A DNA stretch of 40,726 nucleotides from a virus (Duplodnaviria; Caudoviricetes): IMG/VR virus record IMGVR_UViG_3300037195_000167, positions 1 through 40,726 of that record; one strand, 5' to 3'. Within the stretch, counting starts at the first letter, position 1; each line of letters opens with the position of its first letter. This document shows, piece after piece, positions 25,996-34,310 of the stretch. The notes under the pieces were generated by a model. It saw only the letters and a list, made by a program, of their open reading frames with translations, searched no databases and was not told the DNA's origin. The translations under genes and the position numbers were made by a program.

Positions 25996-27365
25996 CCATA
26001 TTAGAAACTGCATACAGGAATTTTCTACAGGCAACATTCCCAACAGAGAAAGCAAACACTGAACGACCGCCACAATCATTAGCATCAGGTACGACACTGA
26101 CAGGGATCGGTGGAGGCATTGGTACTCCTAACCAATTAGCCCAGATGCAGTCAATGGTCAATACTTCATGGCTATTCTCAGTCGTAGACAGAATAGCCTC
26201 GTCAGCCGCCGCAGTACCGTGGGGATTGTTTCAAAGTTTACCAAATGGAGAAGCCAGAAAAGTAACTAAGCATCCTGTGCTTGATCTTTGGGAATCAGTA
26301 AATCCTTTTTATACCAGACACGAATTTATAGAAACTTCTTTACAGCACTTTGAACTTACTGGCGAAATATGGTGGCTGATCGTACGCAATAAGAGCGGCA
26401 AGCCTGTCGAATTATGGAATATACGTCCTGACCGTATAAGACCAGTTCCTCATACGTCTGAGTTCGTAGCAGGGTATATCTACACGATTGGTCAGACTCA
26501 AATTCCACTAGAGCGGAAAGATGTCATCTTCATTCGACGACCTAGCCCAATTGATCCGTACAGGGGAATCGGCACTGTTCAGTCAATGATGGTAGACATC
26601 GGCGCAGAACAGATGGCGGCTCAATGGACAAGAAACTTTTTCTCAAACGGAGCGATGCCCGGCGGCATACTCCAGTTCGACGAAGGTATGAGCGACCAAG
26701 ATTTCGAACGACTCGTTACACGGTGGAGCCAACAGCACCAAGGTGTAGCTAATGCTCACCGTGTTGCTGTTCTGGAAAGGGGAAAATGGGTCGACAGGAA
26801 ATTCACGCAACGTGAGATGCAGATGAACGACATGCGGAGAATAAACCGAGACATTATTTTCGGAGCTTTCGGAATACCGTCAAGCGTTATGGGGGTTACT
26901 GAGAGCGTAAATCGAGCAAATGCTGAGGCAGGCGATGTGTTGTTTGGAAGATGGATCCTCCGACCTAGGCTTGAGAGAATCAAGCAAGCAATGAATGAGC
27001 GGCTCGTTCGGCTGATTGATAAAAGTCTCTTTCTGGATTATACCGACCCTGCTCCAGAAAATAGAGAACTTCATCTGAATATAGCAGAAAAGGGTTATGC
27101 AGGAGGATTATTGACTCGCAACGAATCCAGAGCTTTACTTGGATACGGTGAAGCCGCTGAAGGCGGCGATGAATATTCATCTGCACCTAGCACAGATGGC
27201 GCAGGGCTTATAGGTTTGGGATATCAGCAACTTGTAGAAAAAGCGGCGAGCGATATACGAGATCAAGAAATCAATGATGAAGAAGATCAAATGGAGACGA
27301 AATGGGAAATTCGCTTGAGGAATGAGCGAAACAATTTGATCCAATATCTTGAGGAGGTTAGCTGA
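25992..27365 (+). CDS. Portal protein (HK97 family)
   Basis: ELWNIRPDRI, DPYRGIG, FFSNGAMPGG, AFGIPSSVMG, LTRNESRALLGY. Confidence 0.93.
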   Translation: MTILETAYRNFLQATFPTEKANTERPPQSLASGTTLTGIGGGIGTPNQLAQMQSMVNTSWLFSVVDRIASSAAAVPWGLFQSLPNGEARKVTKHPVLDLWESVNPFYTRHEFIETSLQHFELTGEIWWLIVRNKSGKPVELWNIRPDRIRPVPHTSEFVAGYIYTIGQTQIPLERKDVIFIRRPSPIDPYRGIGTVQSMMVDIGAEQMAAQWTRNFFSNGAMPGGILQFDEGMSDQDFERLVTRWSQQHQGVANAHRVAVLERGKWVDRKFTQREMQMNDMRRINRDIIFGAFGIPSSVMGVTESVNRANAEAGDVLFGRWILRPRLERIKQAMNERLVRLIDKSLFLDYTDPAPENRELHLNIAEKGYAGGLLTRNESRALLGYGEAAEGGDEYSSAPSTDGAGLIGLGYQQLVEKAASDIRDQEINDEEDQMETKWEIRLRNERNNLIQYLEEVS

Positions 27366-28099
27366 TGGTAAGAACAAAGCTAGAAGCCGCAGATATTGAC
27401 GGTTATGAGTGGAACTGGATAGCCAAATATGAAGATGAGATTGTTGAAGAACTGATAGAAGCATATTCTGCGGCTTTCAGTTCTGAACTTCCTGCAATGC
27501 CGCAAGCAACAGTTCAAAGAATAGCATCAGAATGGGCTAAGGAAAAATCCGCAACATTGATAGTCAACGTTGAAAATGTCACGAGAGAACGAGTCCGAGA
27601 CATAGTGTCAAGGGGAGTTTCGGCAGGAGATTCGATCCAATCCCTAACGAGAGAAATCCGAGATGATTTTATCTTCAGCCCGAAACGAGCGAGGTTAGTT
27701 GCAAGAACTGAAACAGCTTTCGCTTTAGGGCAGGGTCAAAAAGGTGCGGCGGTGGCTGATGGGAGAGACGAGAAACGATGGACGACTTCTGGGGGCGTAG
27801 ACGATGTCTGCATGGAAAATGAAGAAATCGGATGGATCGCTATTTCTGATCCCTTCCCATCAGGAGACGATACGGTTCCTGCACATCCGAATTGCAGATG
27901 TGTTGTCCGATACAGGACGAAAGCCGTGAGCGAAGATGAAGCGACTACCATAAGTCCGTTATCTTCAGAACTTATTCAGCAGTCATTCGCCAGAATAGAA
28001 TTGTTCCGATGTATTGGATGCAATAAACTTCTAGGGAAGAATGTAGTAACTGGAACTCAGATACTTTGCAGGCGTTGCAAAACTGAACGCATAGCATAA
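27365..28099 (+). CDS. Head morphogenesis protein (MuF/SPP1 gp7) with C-terminal Com-like zinc ribbon
   Basis: RARLVARTET, KRWTT, PAHPNCRC, then FRCIGCNKLLGK...ILCRRCKT. Confidence 0.88.
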   Translation: MVRTKLEAADIDGYEWNWIAKYEDEIVEELIEAYSAAFSSELPAMPQATVQRIASEWAKEKSATLIVNVENVTRERVRDIVSRGVSAGDSIQSLTREIRDDFIFSPKRARLVARTETAFALGQGQKGAAVADGRDEKRWTTSGGVDDVCMENEEIGWIAISDPFPSGDDTVPAHPNCRCVVRYRTKAVSEDEATTISPLSSELIQQSFARIELFRCIGCNKLLGKNVVTGTQILCRRCKTERIA

Positions 28100-28102
28100 T
28101 TC

Positions 28103-28158
28103 TGTTGTGTTGTATTGTGGGCTATATAAATAGCCCACAACAACACAAACACAACAAC
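28103..28158. repeat. Long imperfect palindrome (site 2), homologous to 19784-19847
   Basis: TTGTGGGCTAT-ATAA-ATAGCCCACAA core with GTTGT/ACAAC flanks. Confidence 0.9.
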
Positions 28159-28205
28159 GTTTTTCAGCAATTTTCATAAAACGGTAGATTGCTGTGCTAT
28201 TGGGG

Positions 28206-28234
28206 TTTACAAATGATTTACAAACACATATTAT
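28206..28234 (+). promoter_or_regulatory. Early promoter P3 with TTTACAA-N4-TTTACAA operator
   Basis: TTTACA-N17-TATTAT. Confidence 0.75.
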
Positions 28235-28264
28235 AGAACTATCAAATTATAAGGAGGATACATT

Positions 28265-28615
28265 ATGAAAGCATTTATAGAAAAAGGAATTGATGAAAGT
28301 AAGATTGAACTAGGAACTGTCCTAGAATGGGGATCACCGAAATGGGGAATGTATTCAGACATTGTTAGCTACATTGAAAGAGACGAGAACGGTGCGATCA
28401 CTGCTATCGCATTTGCTTCATATCTAAAAATCTTCACCAATCGACACAAGTTCTGGGTATTTGAAACCGACGCCAAGACCACTTACAACAGCACTTTAGG
28501 AGCAGTTCAGAACTGGATATTTGGCATGATCCGAAGCGGCAAAATGACTCTTGCCGTAGATAACAAAGCAGTTACAGTTTACAGCTTCAATGAATCCGCC
28601 CCTGTTGCAAGGTAG
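28265..28615 (+). CDS. Hypothetical early protein
   Basis: RBS AAGGAGG directly after P3. Confidence 0.8.
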   Translation: MKAFIEKGIDESKIELGTVLEWGSPKWGMYSDIVSYIERDENGAITAIAFASYLKIFTNRHKFWVFETDAKTTYNSTLGAVQNWIFGMIRSGKMTLAVDNKAVTVYSFNESAPVAR

Positions 28616-28669
28616 TCAAATCAAATTTACTGGGGAGGGTGAAATTCCCTCCCAGAGAGGATATCGAAA

Positions 28670-28993
28670 ATGATAAAGCAGAACTCAAAAGGGGACACAA
28701 TCCTAATCATCACAGGACGCCACGAGAAGGTAGTCATAGACCAAGGGGACGGTACTGAGCGAACGGTACTGCTGAGAGATGTTGAAGTTGGGGAACAAAG
28801 ATTCCTATCAGGGCAAGCGGTTACATTCCTTAGCGGCAAGGTAGTCAATCGGGATGGCACACTCAAAGAGTTCGGCCCAGATCATGCTAGCAGATACGAA
28901 CTCATTCAGACCACGATAATCAAGTCCAGAACCCCGATGACCCTAACAACTAACTTACACTACGGCGATGCCAAGCTAACGGTAACGAAGTAA
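28670..28993 (+). CDS. Hypothetical early protein
   Basis: RBS GAGG after hairpin 28630-28655. Confidence 0.75.
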   Translation: MIKQNSKGDTILIITGRHEKVVIDQGDGTERTVLLRDVEVGEQRFLSGQAVTFLSGKVVNRDGTLKEFGPDHASRYELIQTTIIKSRTPMTLTTNLHYGDAKLTVTK

Positions 28994-29004
28994 AAGGAGG
29001 ACGA

Positions 29005-29085
29005 ATGGACTGCCCAGAATGTGAGGGTAGCAATCTCAACGAGGATCAGACCAGATGTTGGGATTGCGATCCTGAAACAGAGTAA
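29005..29085 (+). CDS. 26-aa zinc-finger microprotein MDCPECEGSNLNEDQTRCWDCDPETE
   Basis: RBS AAGGAGG; CPxC...CxxC fills the gap before the terminator. Confidence 0.7.
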   Translation: MDCPECEGSNLNEDQTRCWDCDPETE

Positions 29086-29088
29086 CCT

Positions 29089-29122
29089 TGAAGGAGGTAG
29101 AAATACCTCCTTCAGTAGTTTT
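29089..29122 (+). terminator. Hairpin terminator
   Basis: TGAAGGAGGTA-GAAA-TACCTCCTTCA followed by GTAGTTTT. Confidence 0.6.
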
Positions 29123-29143
29123 CCAGATTGCTGACTAAATGGG

Positions 29144-29172
29144 TTTACAAACCGTTTACAATGACATATTAT
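29144..29172 (+). promoter_or_regulatory. Early promoter P4 with TTTACAA-N4-TTTACAA operator
   Basis: TTTACA-N17-TATTAT, a near copy of P3. Confidence 0.75.
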
Positions 29173-29205
29173 TAGACTATCAAATTTATATAAGGAGATT
29201 GAATT

Positions 29206-29730
29206 ATGGCTAATGTGATAAAGGTAATTGATAGAATTGATGATAGGAGCGAATTTGAAAAACGAAGCGATCTGTTTCACCTGTACAACGAATTTCTGAA
29301 AGATGAACGTGATAACTGGGAGTGCAGTTTCTGCCAAGGTGCAATTCACAATACGAAACCTGCTTACATCGAAATCCGATGGGACGAAACTTGGAAGCTC
29401 TGGGGCGTTGTAGTAATTGACGATCATCCAGTTATTTCAGGTCCACTTCACGACAGCGCGGAAGTTCCATACTTCCCGACCCGAGATGAAGCACTGAGAA
29501 GCATCAACCGAGAGATGATAAATGCCAAGTACGAGGGGCGTCCATATGAACAACTGAACCGATCAGTCAAGGTTTATGTCCATAGCAAAAACGGCTCCCA
29601 TATCACTAAGAAATATCTCTTCAACGCATTTGAAAGCTCCATTGCTTCCAAGGACGTTCTAATACCATTCAAAGGACAAAGTGGAAAAAGAATATGGCTA
29701 CACTCCAAAACCAAGTTCCCTAAAGCATAA
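29206..29730 (+). CDS. Hypothetical early protein
   Basis: RBS AAGGAG after P4. Confidence 0.8.
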   Translation: MANVIKVIDRIDDRSEFEKRSDLFHLYNEFLKDERDNWECSFCQGAIHNTKPAYIEIRWDETWKLWGVVVIDDHPVISGPLHDSAEVPYFPTRDEALRSINREMINAKYEGRPYEQLNRSVKVYVHSKNGSHITKKYLFNAFESSIASKDVLIPFKGQSGKRIWLHSKTKFPKA

Positions 29731-29791
29731 TCGCCCTGATGATGGGGAGGGTGGCTCCCTCCCCGAAACTCTGAAGAGTCGGCGAAAGCCA
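29731..29791 (+). ncRNA. Hammerhead ribozyme (type I)
   Basis: Stem I TCGCC/GGCGA, CTGATGA, extra T, stem II GGGGAGGG-TGGCT-CCCTCCCC, GAAA, stem III CTC-TGAA-GAG, GTC^ cut 29780/29781. Loop II TGGCT pairs with AGCCA (29787-29791). Confidence 0.9.
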
Positions 29792-29815
29792 AAATACAAA
29801 CTTAGGAGGATACCC

Positions 29816-31021
29816 ATGAAGGAATGGAACGAAACACAAAAAGCAGAAAGGGAATACCTTATCAGGGAAAGTATCAAGCAAATAGCTAAGGAGGTGAAAG
29901 CACTTTATATATCGGAATTGCAGGAAGAGCGTGCAGGCGGTATCAAACCGAATGTGCTGACTGTTATGAATGGATCGAGACGAAGAAAAGCTCAAGCACT
30001 TGAGGCTCATTTCACTAACGTCACTAAAACGAAAGAGCAAATGCAACAAAAAATACAGAAGGGAGAATGGGAATCGCTCGGTATCAATGCTTCAATATTT
30101 GTTAGCAGACAACCGAGCACAGGGCATGAATTGCGTAGATTTGAAAGTTTTCTGTTTATTGGTTACCACGCATACGATGCCACGCAGGACGACCCTTCAT
30201 TCATGAGGGGCATAGGTTTCCACTCAGAAGAATTATCTGAAAGACTAGGTAATATGTTACTGGCATCTTGCCAAGCAAAAGGACACCTTGCATTTCTGAA
30301 TACTGAACGTCAATACGTGGTAATCGAGAAACCGTGGGCTAATGATTATGATTTACGCATCCAGAGACAATCGTGGAGGGGCGTAGAACTTGATACTTAT
30401 AACAGTTTGATGAATCACTCATTCGACCCAAATGAAACCGTTACCGACCGTATTAGACGAAATGCCACTTCTGAGGAAAAGCATAGGATCCGCAACGGTC
30501 TCAATAGATGGTATCAGCAAAACCTACTAGCTCAAAACGGCATACGTCACCTCTGGGATGCTCAATACGCCATCGAAAAATACATGGAAGATACTGAGAA
30601 TCACTCAGAGAATCATGCAGGATACGCACTCGACAGATTCGACTTAAGAGATCAGGTTGTTGAGTTCGTCACTATCAACGGTGAGTTCGGTACTAAATTC
30701 TACCGCACTGCACAGATTGAACTTGTAGAAACAACTGCATCCGTATACGGCAAAAACCTAACGAACGAACAACTTGCTGAACTAAGTATCTACGATGCTG
30801 AATACCTAAATGCTCCCTATAGTCTTGCACAAATGGTCGAGGTTCCTGCTTATAAGCTGATGTACTTTATCATCAACATGAGCGAATCAGGAGATGTATA
30901 TCTCACAGGGGATCATGAAATCTGCACTATCGTCGATAAGGGAAATGCTGAAAGAGTTGCACGAGCAATGCTACCTAGCAGGGAAGGAGGAATCGTCATA
31001 GCCAATTACGTCAATTCTTAG
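29816..31021 (+). CDS. Hypothetical early protein (401 aa; true start 29816)
   Basis: RBS AGGAGG before ATG 29816. The track's upstream extension runs through the ribozyme. Confidence 0.8.
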   Translation: MKEWNETQKAEREYLIRESIKQIAKEVKALYISELQEERAGGIKPNVLTVMNGSRRRKAQALEAHFTNVTKTKEQMQQKIQKGEWESLGINASIFVSRQPSTGHELRRFESFLFIGYHAYDATQDDPSFMRGIGFHSEELSERLGNMLLASCQAKGHLAFLNTERQYVVIEKPWANDYDLRIQRQSWRGVELDTYNSLMNHSFDPNETVTDRIRRNATSEEKHRIRNGLNRWYQQNLLAQNGIRHLWDAQYAIEKYMEDTENHSENHAGYALDRFDLRDQVVEFVTINGEFGTKFYRTAQIELVETTASVYGKNLTNEQLAELSIYDAEYLNAPYSLAQMVEVPAYKLMYFIINMSESGDVYLTGDHEICTIVDKGNAERVARAMLPSREGGIVIANYVNS

Positions 31022-31080
31022 CTCAAACAAATGAGGGGCGGTATGACCGCCCCTCTGCCACCAAGAAAGGAGCAAACATT

Positions 31081-31275
31081 ATGCGAGCTAATTATGAAAC
31101 ATACAGGAAATATTTTCAAGTAGGTATGGAACGATATTTACGGAATCAGGGCACGCATACGCTTGATACGATGAAAGACCTCTATGAATCGGCTACTAAA
31201 CAGTTGTCAAGCGTAGAAATGGAACATATTGATCTATTACTAAAACCAATAGAAAACGATATGTGCGTGCGTTAG
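31081..31275 (+). CDS. Hypothetical protein
   Basis: RBS AAAGGAG after hairpin GAGGGGCGGT-ATG-ACCGCCCCTC. Confidence 0.7.
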   Translation: MRANYETYRKYFQVGMERYLRNQGTHTLDTMKDLYESATKQLSSVEMEHIDLLLKPIENDMCVR

Positions 31276-31287
31276 GAGGCAAGCATT

Positions 31288-31431
31288 ATGACAACCGAGG
31301 AACAATTTGAGGATCGTATAGATTTCTCAATACTTAGACCACAAAGTTACTTATACCCTTTCACGATGGAAGATTTACCAGAGGAGGAAAACGATGGGCG
31401 AAAAGATGATAATCCAAACTGTTCAGAATAG
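31288..31431 (+). CDS. 47-aa acidic hypothetical protein missed by the ORF track
   Basis: RBS AGGAGG; MTTEEQFEDRIDFSILRPQSYLYPF... Confidence 0.55.
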   Translation: MTTEEQFEDRIDFSILRPQSYLYPFTMEDLPEEENDGRKDDNPNCSE

Positions 31432-31603
31432 CGATTGGTACATAGGTCAGCTTCAATATATAAAAGAGACTCTTGAAAAATTTGAGCATGGACAATTTCC
31501 TAGTGCTGTCGGAATAGCGAAAAGCCTAATTTATATCGAACAGATGACACAAGCGTTCTTGATTCTGGAACACCACGAAAACCCGTTGAATGAGGACGAC
31601 TAA
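31394..31603 (+). CDS. Hypothetical protein
   Basis: RBS GAGGAGG. Confidence 0.7.
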   Translation: MGEKMIIQTVQNSDWYIGQLQYIKETLEKFEHGQFPSAVGIAKSLIYIEQMTQAFLILEHHENPLNEDD

Positions 31604-31670
31604 TTGTTTGATACATGGAGCATCTTGAACGTGCAGAAAACGTGCTGTACTTTTGTGTCAGGCATATAAC

Positions 31671-31700
31671 TTGACAATATTCAGGATTGCATGATAAATT
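31671..31700 (+). promoter_or_regulatory. Promoter for the capsid operon
   Basis: Perfect TTGACA followed by TGA-TAAATT (18-nt spacer, extended -10). Confidence 0.6.
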
Positions 31701-31730
31701 TCTGGAAACCTGAATAGCCTAGAGGCTCTC

Positions 31731-31792
31731 GAAAGCCCGATTGAGCGGTAAAACTGCCACAGTTTATCGACTTGATCGGGCTTTCTTTTTTT
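31731..31792 (+). terminator. Attenuator-like long hairpin plus U7 in the leader of the protease/capsid operon
   Basis: GAAAGCCCGAT/ATCGGGCTTTC stem with inner stem, then TTTTTTT directly before RBS GGAG. Confidence 0.7.
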
Positions 31793-31801
31793 GGAGTGAA
31801 A

Positions 31802-32836
31802 ATGCCATTTTCAGGAGAACACAGTTGTCGCCTAGTCGCCCCTTCAGAATTTGAAGATTTCAGGCGTCAGAACAACTGGAAAAGCGTCAACGGTAAACGT
31901 GTCGATGCTATATTCGGCGTCAACAGTAACGGAACAACACTCCAAGCTATGAGATATCCAAAGGGAGAATGGACAAGTGCAGATGCTCGTGAGCATTGTT
32001 CTGCACAAAACGGAATCTTATTTGAGCCTGCATCAGCACCGCAGATCAGAGAGGGAGGCAACATGGCGCACAGAACTAAATTCGTAAGACCAACTGATTC
32101 TGAGATGAAAATCCTCGACAAAGCGGCAGGAAGAATTTCTGCTGTAGTTTCCACTGAATCAGTGGATCGTGACGGCGACATAATACGGCAAGCCCACTGG
32201 GATTTAGATCACTTCAAAGCTCATCCGATACTACTCTCATCGCACAACTATCGTGGATTACAAAACCAGATCGGCGAATGGACTGATATGCGTATCGAGG
32301 GAAAACAGTTAGTCGGAGATGCTCAGTATTATCTCAAAAAAGGTAACCCAGAAGCTGATTGGGGTTTCGTTTTAGCAAGTAAAGGCAGAGCGGCTTTTTC
32401 TGTTGGATTCGTTCCAGATATGAGTTCTGCCAAGCAAATAGAATCAGCAGGGAATTTGGCTTATGAGTTTCAAGGGCAGGAACTTTTAGAAGTATCTCAA
32501 GTAACTGTACCTAGTAATGCAGACGCCCTCCAATCACTGAAGGGAGTTGGACTCCACCCAGAAATGGATAGTCTGGTGACTGAAGTTTTAGGAGATTTCG
32601 ATAGTGATATCAAATCAGTAGCTGAGGAAGTGATAGAAGAAACTGACGAAGTTACTGAGAGGGTATGGGGAACTGACGAAGATAGGGCAGAATTGGCTAG
32701 ACAGATAGCAGATATGGTGCGTGACGATGTGACAGCTACGATCCACAGGTTCATGCACAGCCACCCAAAGGAACCTACAAAGTCAGTCGACGATATAGTC
32801 AGGGAAGCAATCCAATCAAGATTCGGAGGTAAGTAG
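31802..32836 (+). CDS. HK97-type prohead protease with N-terminal extra domain (alternative start 32063)
   Basis: STESVDRDGDII, PILLSSH, AFSVGF, ELLEVSQVTVPSNADAL. Confidence 0.92.
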   Translation: MPFSGEHSCRLVAPSEFEDFRRQNNWKSVNGKRVDAIFGVNSNGTTLQAMRYPKGEWTSADAREHCSAQNGILFEPASAPQIREGGNMAHRTKFVRPTDSEMKILDKAAGRISAVVSTESVDRDGDIIRQAHWDLDHFKAHPILLSSHNYRGLQNQIGEWTDMRIEGKQLVGDAQYYLKKGNPEADWGFVLASKGRAAFSVGFVPDMSSAKQIESAGNLAYEFQGQELLEVSQVTVPSNADALQSLKGVGLHPEMDSLVTEVLGDFDSDIKSVAEEVIEETDEVTERVWGTDEDRAELARQIADMVRDDVTATIHRFMHSHPKEPTKSVDDIVREAIQSRFGGK

Positions 32837-32838
32837 TA

Positions 32839-34107
32839 ATGTCAGACCAGATCAAAACTCAAGCCCAATTGGAAGAAATGCTCAACGAGGGAAGCCTCAA
32901 TGAGTACATTCAGCAACAAGTGGCTGAACAGGTAGGAACGAGCGTCAAGGATCAGATGGACGAGGCGTTCAATAGTGGTGCGATTTCTCGCCCACCGATG
33001 GCAGAAGAAGTAGCACTGCAATCGAAAGCATTTTCATCAAGTGAAAATGTGGATCCCGAAACTTCTCTGAAAAGAGAAGCAGTCGCAATGGACGGACAGT
33101 TCAAGAGTTTCGGTGAATTTCTCAGTTCAATGGCTCCTTCTACTATCAGTTCTCGTGGCGTAGATGCTCGACTAAAAGTGCTTGGTGAAGGTCAGGGCGA
33201 TCAGGGAGGATTTCTTGTTCCTGACGCTTTCACAACGCAACTTCTTTCCCTTGCACTAGAAGATGCAGTTGTACGACCGAGGGCTTTCAGGATGCCAATG
33301 AGCAGTCTAAACTTGAGCATGCCAAGCATAGTAGATACAACTCACGCAACAAATGTTTTCGGTGGTGTGCAGGCATACTGGACTCCAGAGTCTGGTTCTT
33401 ACACTTCCAGTGAGCCATCATTCGGGCGTGTGACACTAACAGCTAAAAAGCTGACCGCTTACACTTCAGCGGCGAACGAATTGTTAGCAGATTCAGCAAT
33501 TAGCCTAGAGGCATTGCTGATGCGAATCTTTCCTCAAGCCCTCGCTTACTTCGAAGATGATTCTTTCATAAACGGAGTCGGTGGAGGTCAGCCAGTGGGG
33601 ATACTGAACGCAGATGCTCTCGTTACTGTAGCGAAAGAAACTGGACAAGCGGCGACTACGATTGTTGCTGAAAACGTCGACAAAATGTACAGCCGTATGC
33701 TCCCAAGCTCCCGAAGTCGGGCAGTATGGGTAGCGCATCCAGATACACTTCCTCAGCTTGTAGCTCTAAGCCGATCAGTAGGAACTGGTGGAAGTGCCGC
33801 AATGATGAGCAACATGGCAGGTGCGGCTCCGATGAGTCTATACGGTCGACCTGTTGTTATGAGCGAGAAGTGCCAGACACTCGGAACGGCAGGAGATTTG
33901 TTCTTTGTTGACTTCGGATACTACATCGTGGCAGACCGCCAGAGCTTGAGTATGGCATCTTCACCTCATGTACGTTTCCAGAACGACGAAACCGTATGGC
34001 GTTTCACTTCACGACTTGACGGACGACCTTGGTTAGAGAGTGCCTTGACGCCTAGAAATGGTTCAAACACACTCAGCCCATTCGTCAACCTAGCTACACG
34101 ATCATAA
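32839..34107 (+). CDS. Major capsid protein (HK97 fold)
   Basis: GGFLVP, VTLTAKKL, FINGVGGGQPVGILN, LYGRPV, F.NDET.WRF..RLDG. Confidence 0.96.
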   Translation: MSDQIKTQAQLEEMLNEGSLNEYIQQQVAEQVGTSVKDQMDEAFNSGAISRPPMAEEVALQSKAFSSSENVDPETSLKREAVAMDGQFKSFGEFLSSMAPSTISSRGVDARLKVLGEGQGDQGGFLVPDAFTTQLLSLALEDAVVRPRAFRMPMSSLNLSMPSIVDTTHATNVFGGVQAYWTPESGSYTSSEPSFGRVTLTAKKLTAYTSAANELLADSAISLEALLMRIFPQALAYFEDDSFINGVGGGQPVGILNADALVTVAKETGQAATTIVAENVDKMYSRMLPSSRSRAVWVAHPDTLPQLVALSRSVGTGGSAAMMSNMAGAAPMSLYGRPVVMSEKCQTLGTAGDLFFVDFGYYIVADRQSLSMASSPHVRFQNDETVWRFTSRLDGRPWLESALTPRNGSNTLSPFVNLATRS

Positions 34108-34130
34108 TTTTTTAGGATAAGGAGACGAAA

Positions 34131-34310
34131 ATGGCATTACAACAAACGGAGGCTCCGGGCGGTGCAGGATTACAGGTTCTATGTCCGAATTGTTCTAGGA
34201 TGCACGATGCTGAGGAATACGCTCCGACATGCAAGCGATGCGGAACAGAAATGAAAGACCAACAAGCAAAGGAACCCGTAAAACTTGATCCGTCCAAACT
34301 GCCTGAATAA
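34131..34310 (+). CDS. 59-aa zinc-ribbon protein (CPNC...CKRC) missed by the ORF track
   Basis: RBS AAGGAG; MALQQTEAPGGAGLQVLCPNCSRMHDAEEYAPTCKRCGTEM... Confidence 0.8.
   Translation: MALQQTEAPGGAGLQVLCPNCSRMHDAEEYAPTCKRCGTEMKDQQAKEPVKLDPSKLPE

Noticed and set aside
29681-29815. N-terminal 45 aa of the 446-aa ORF
   Set aside because: It overlaps the upstream gene and the hammerhead. The strong RBS is at ATG 29816.
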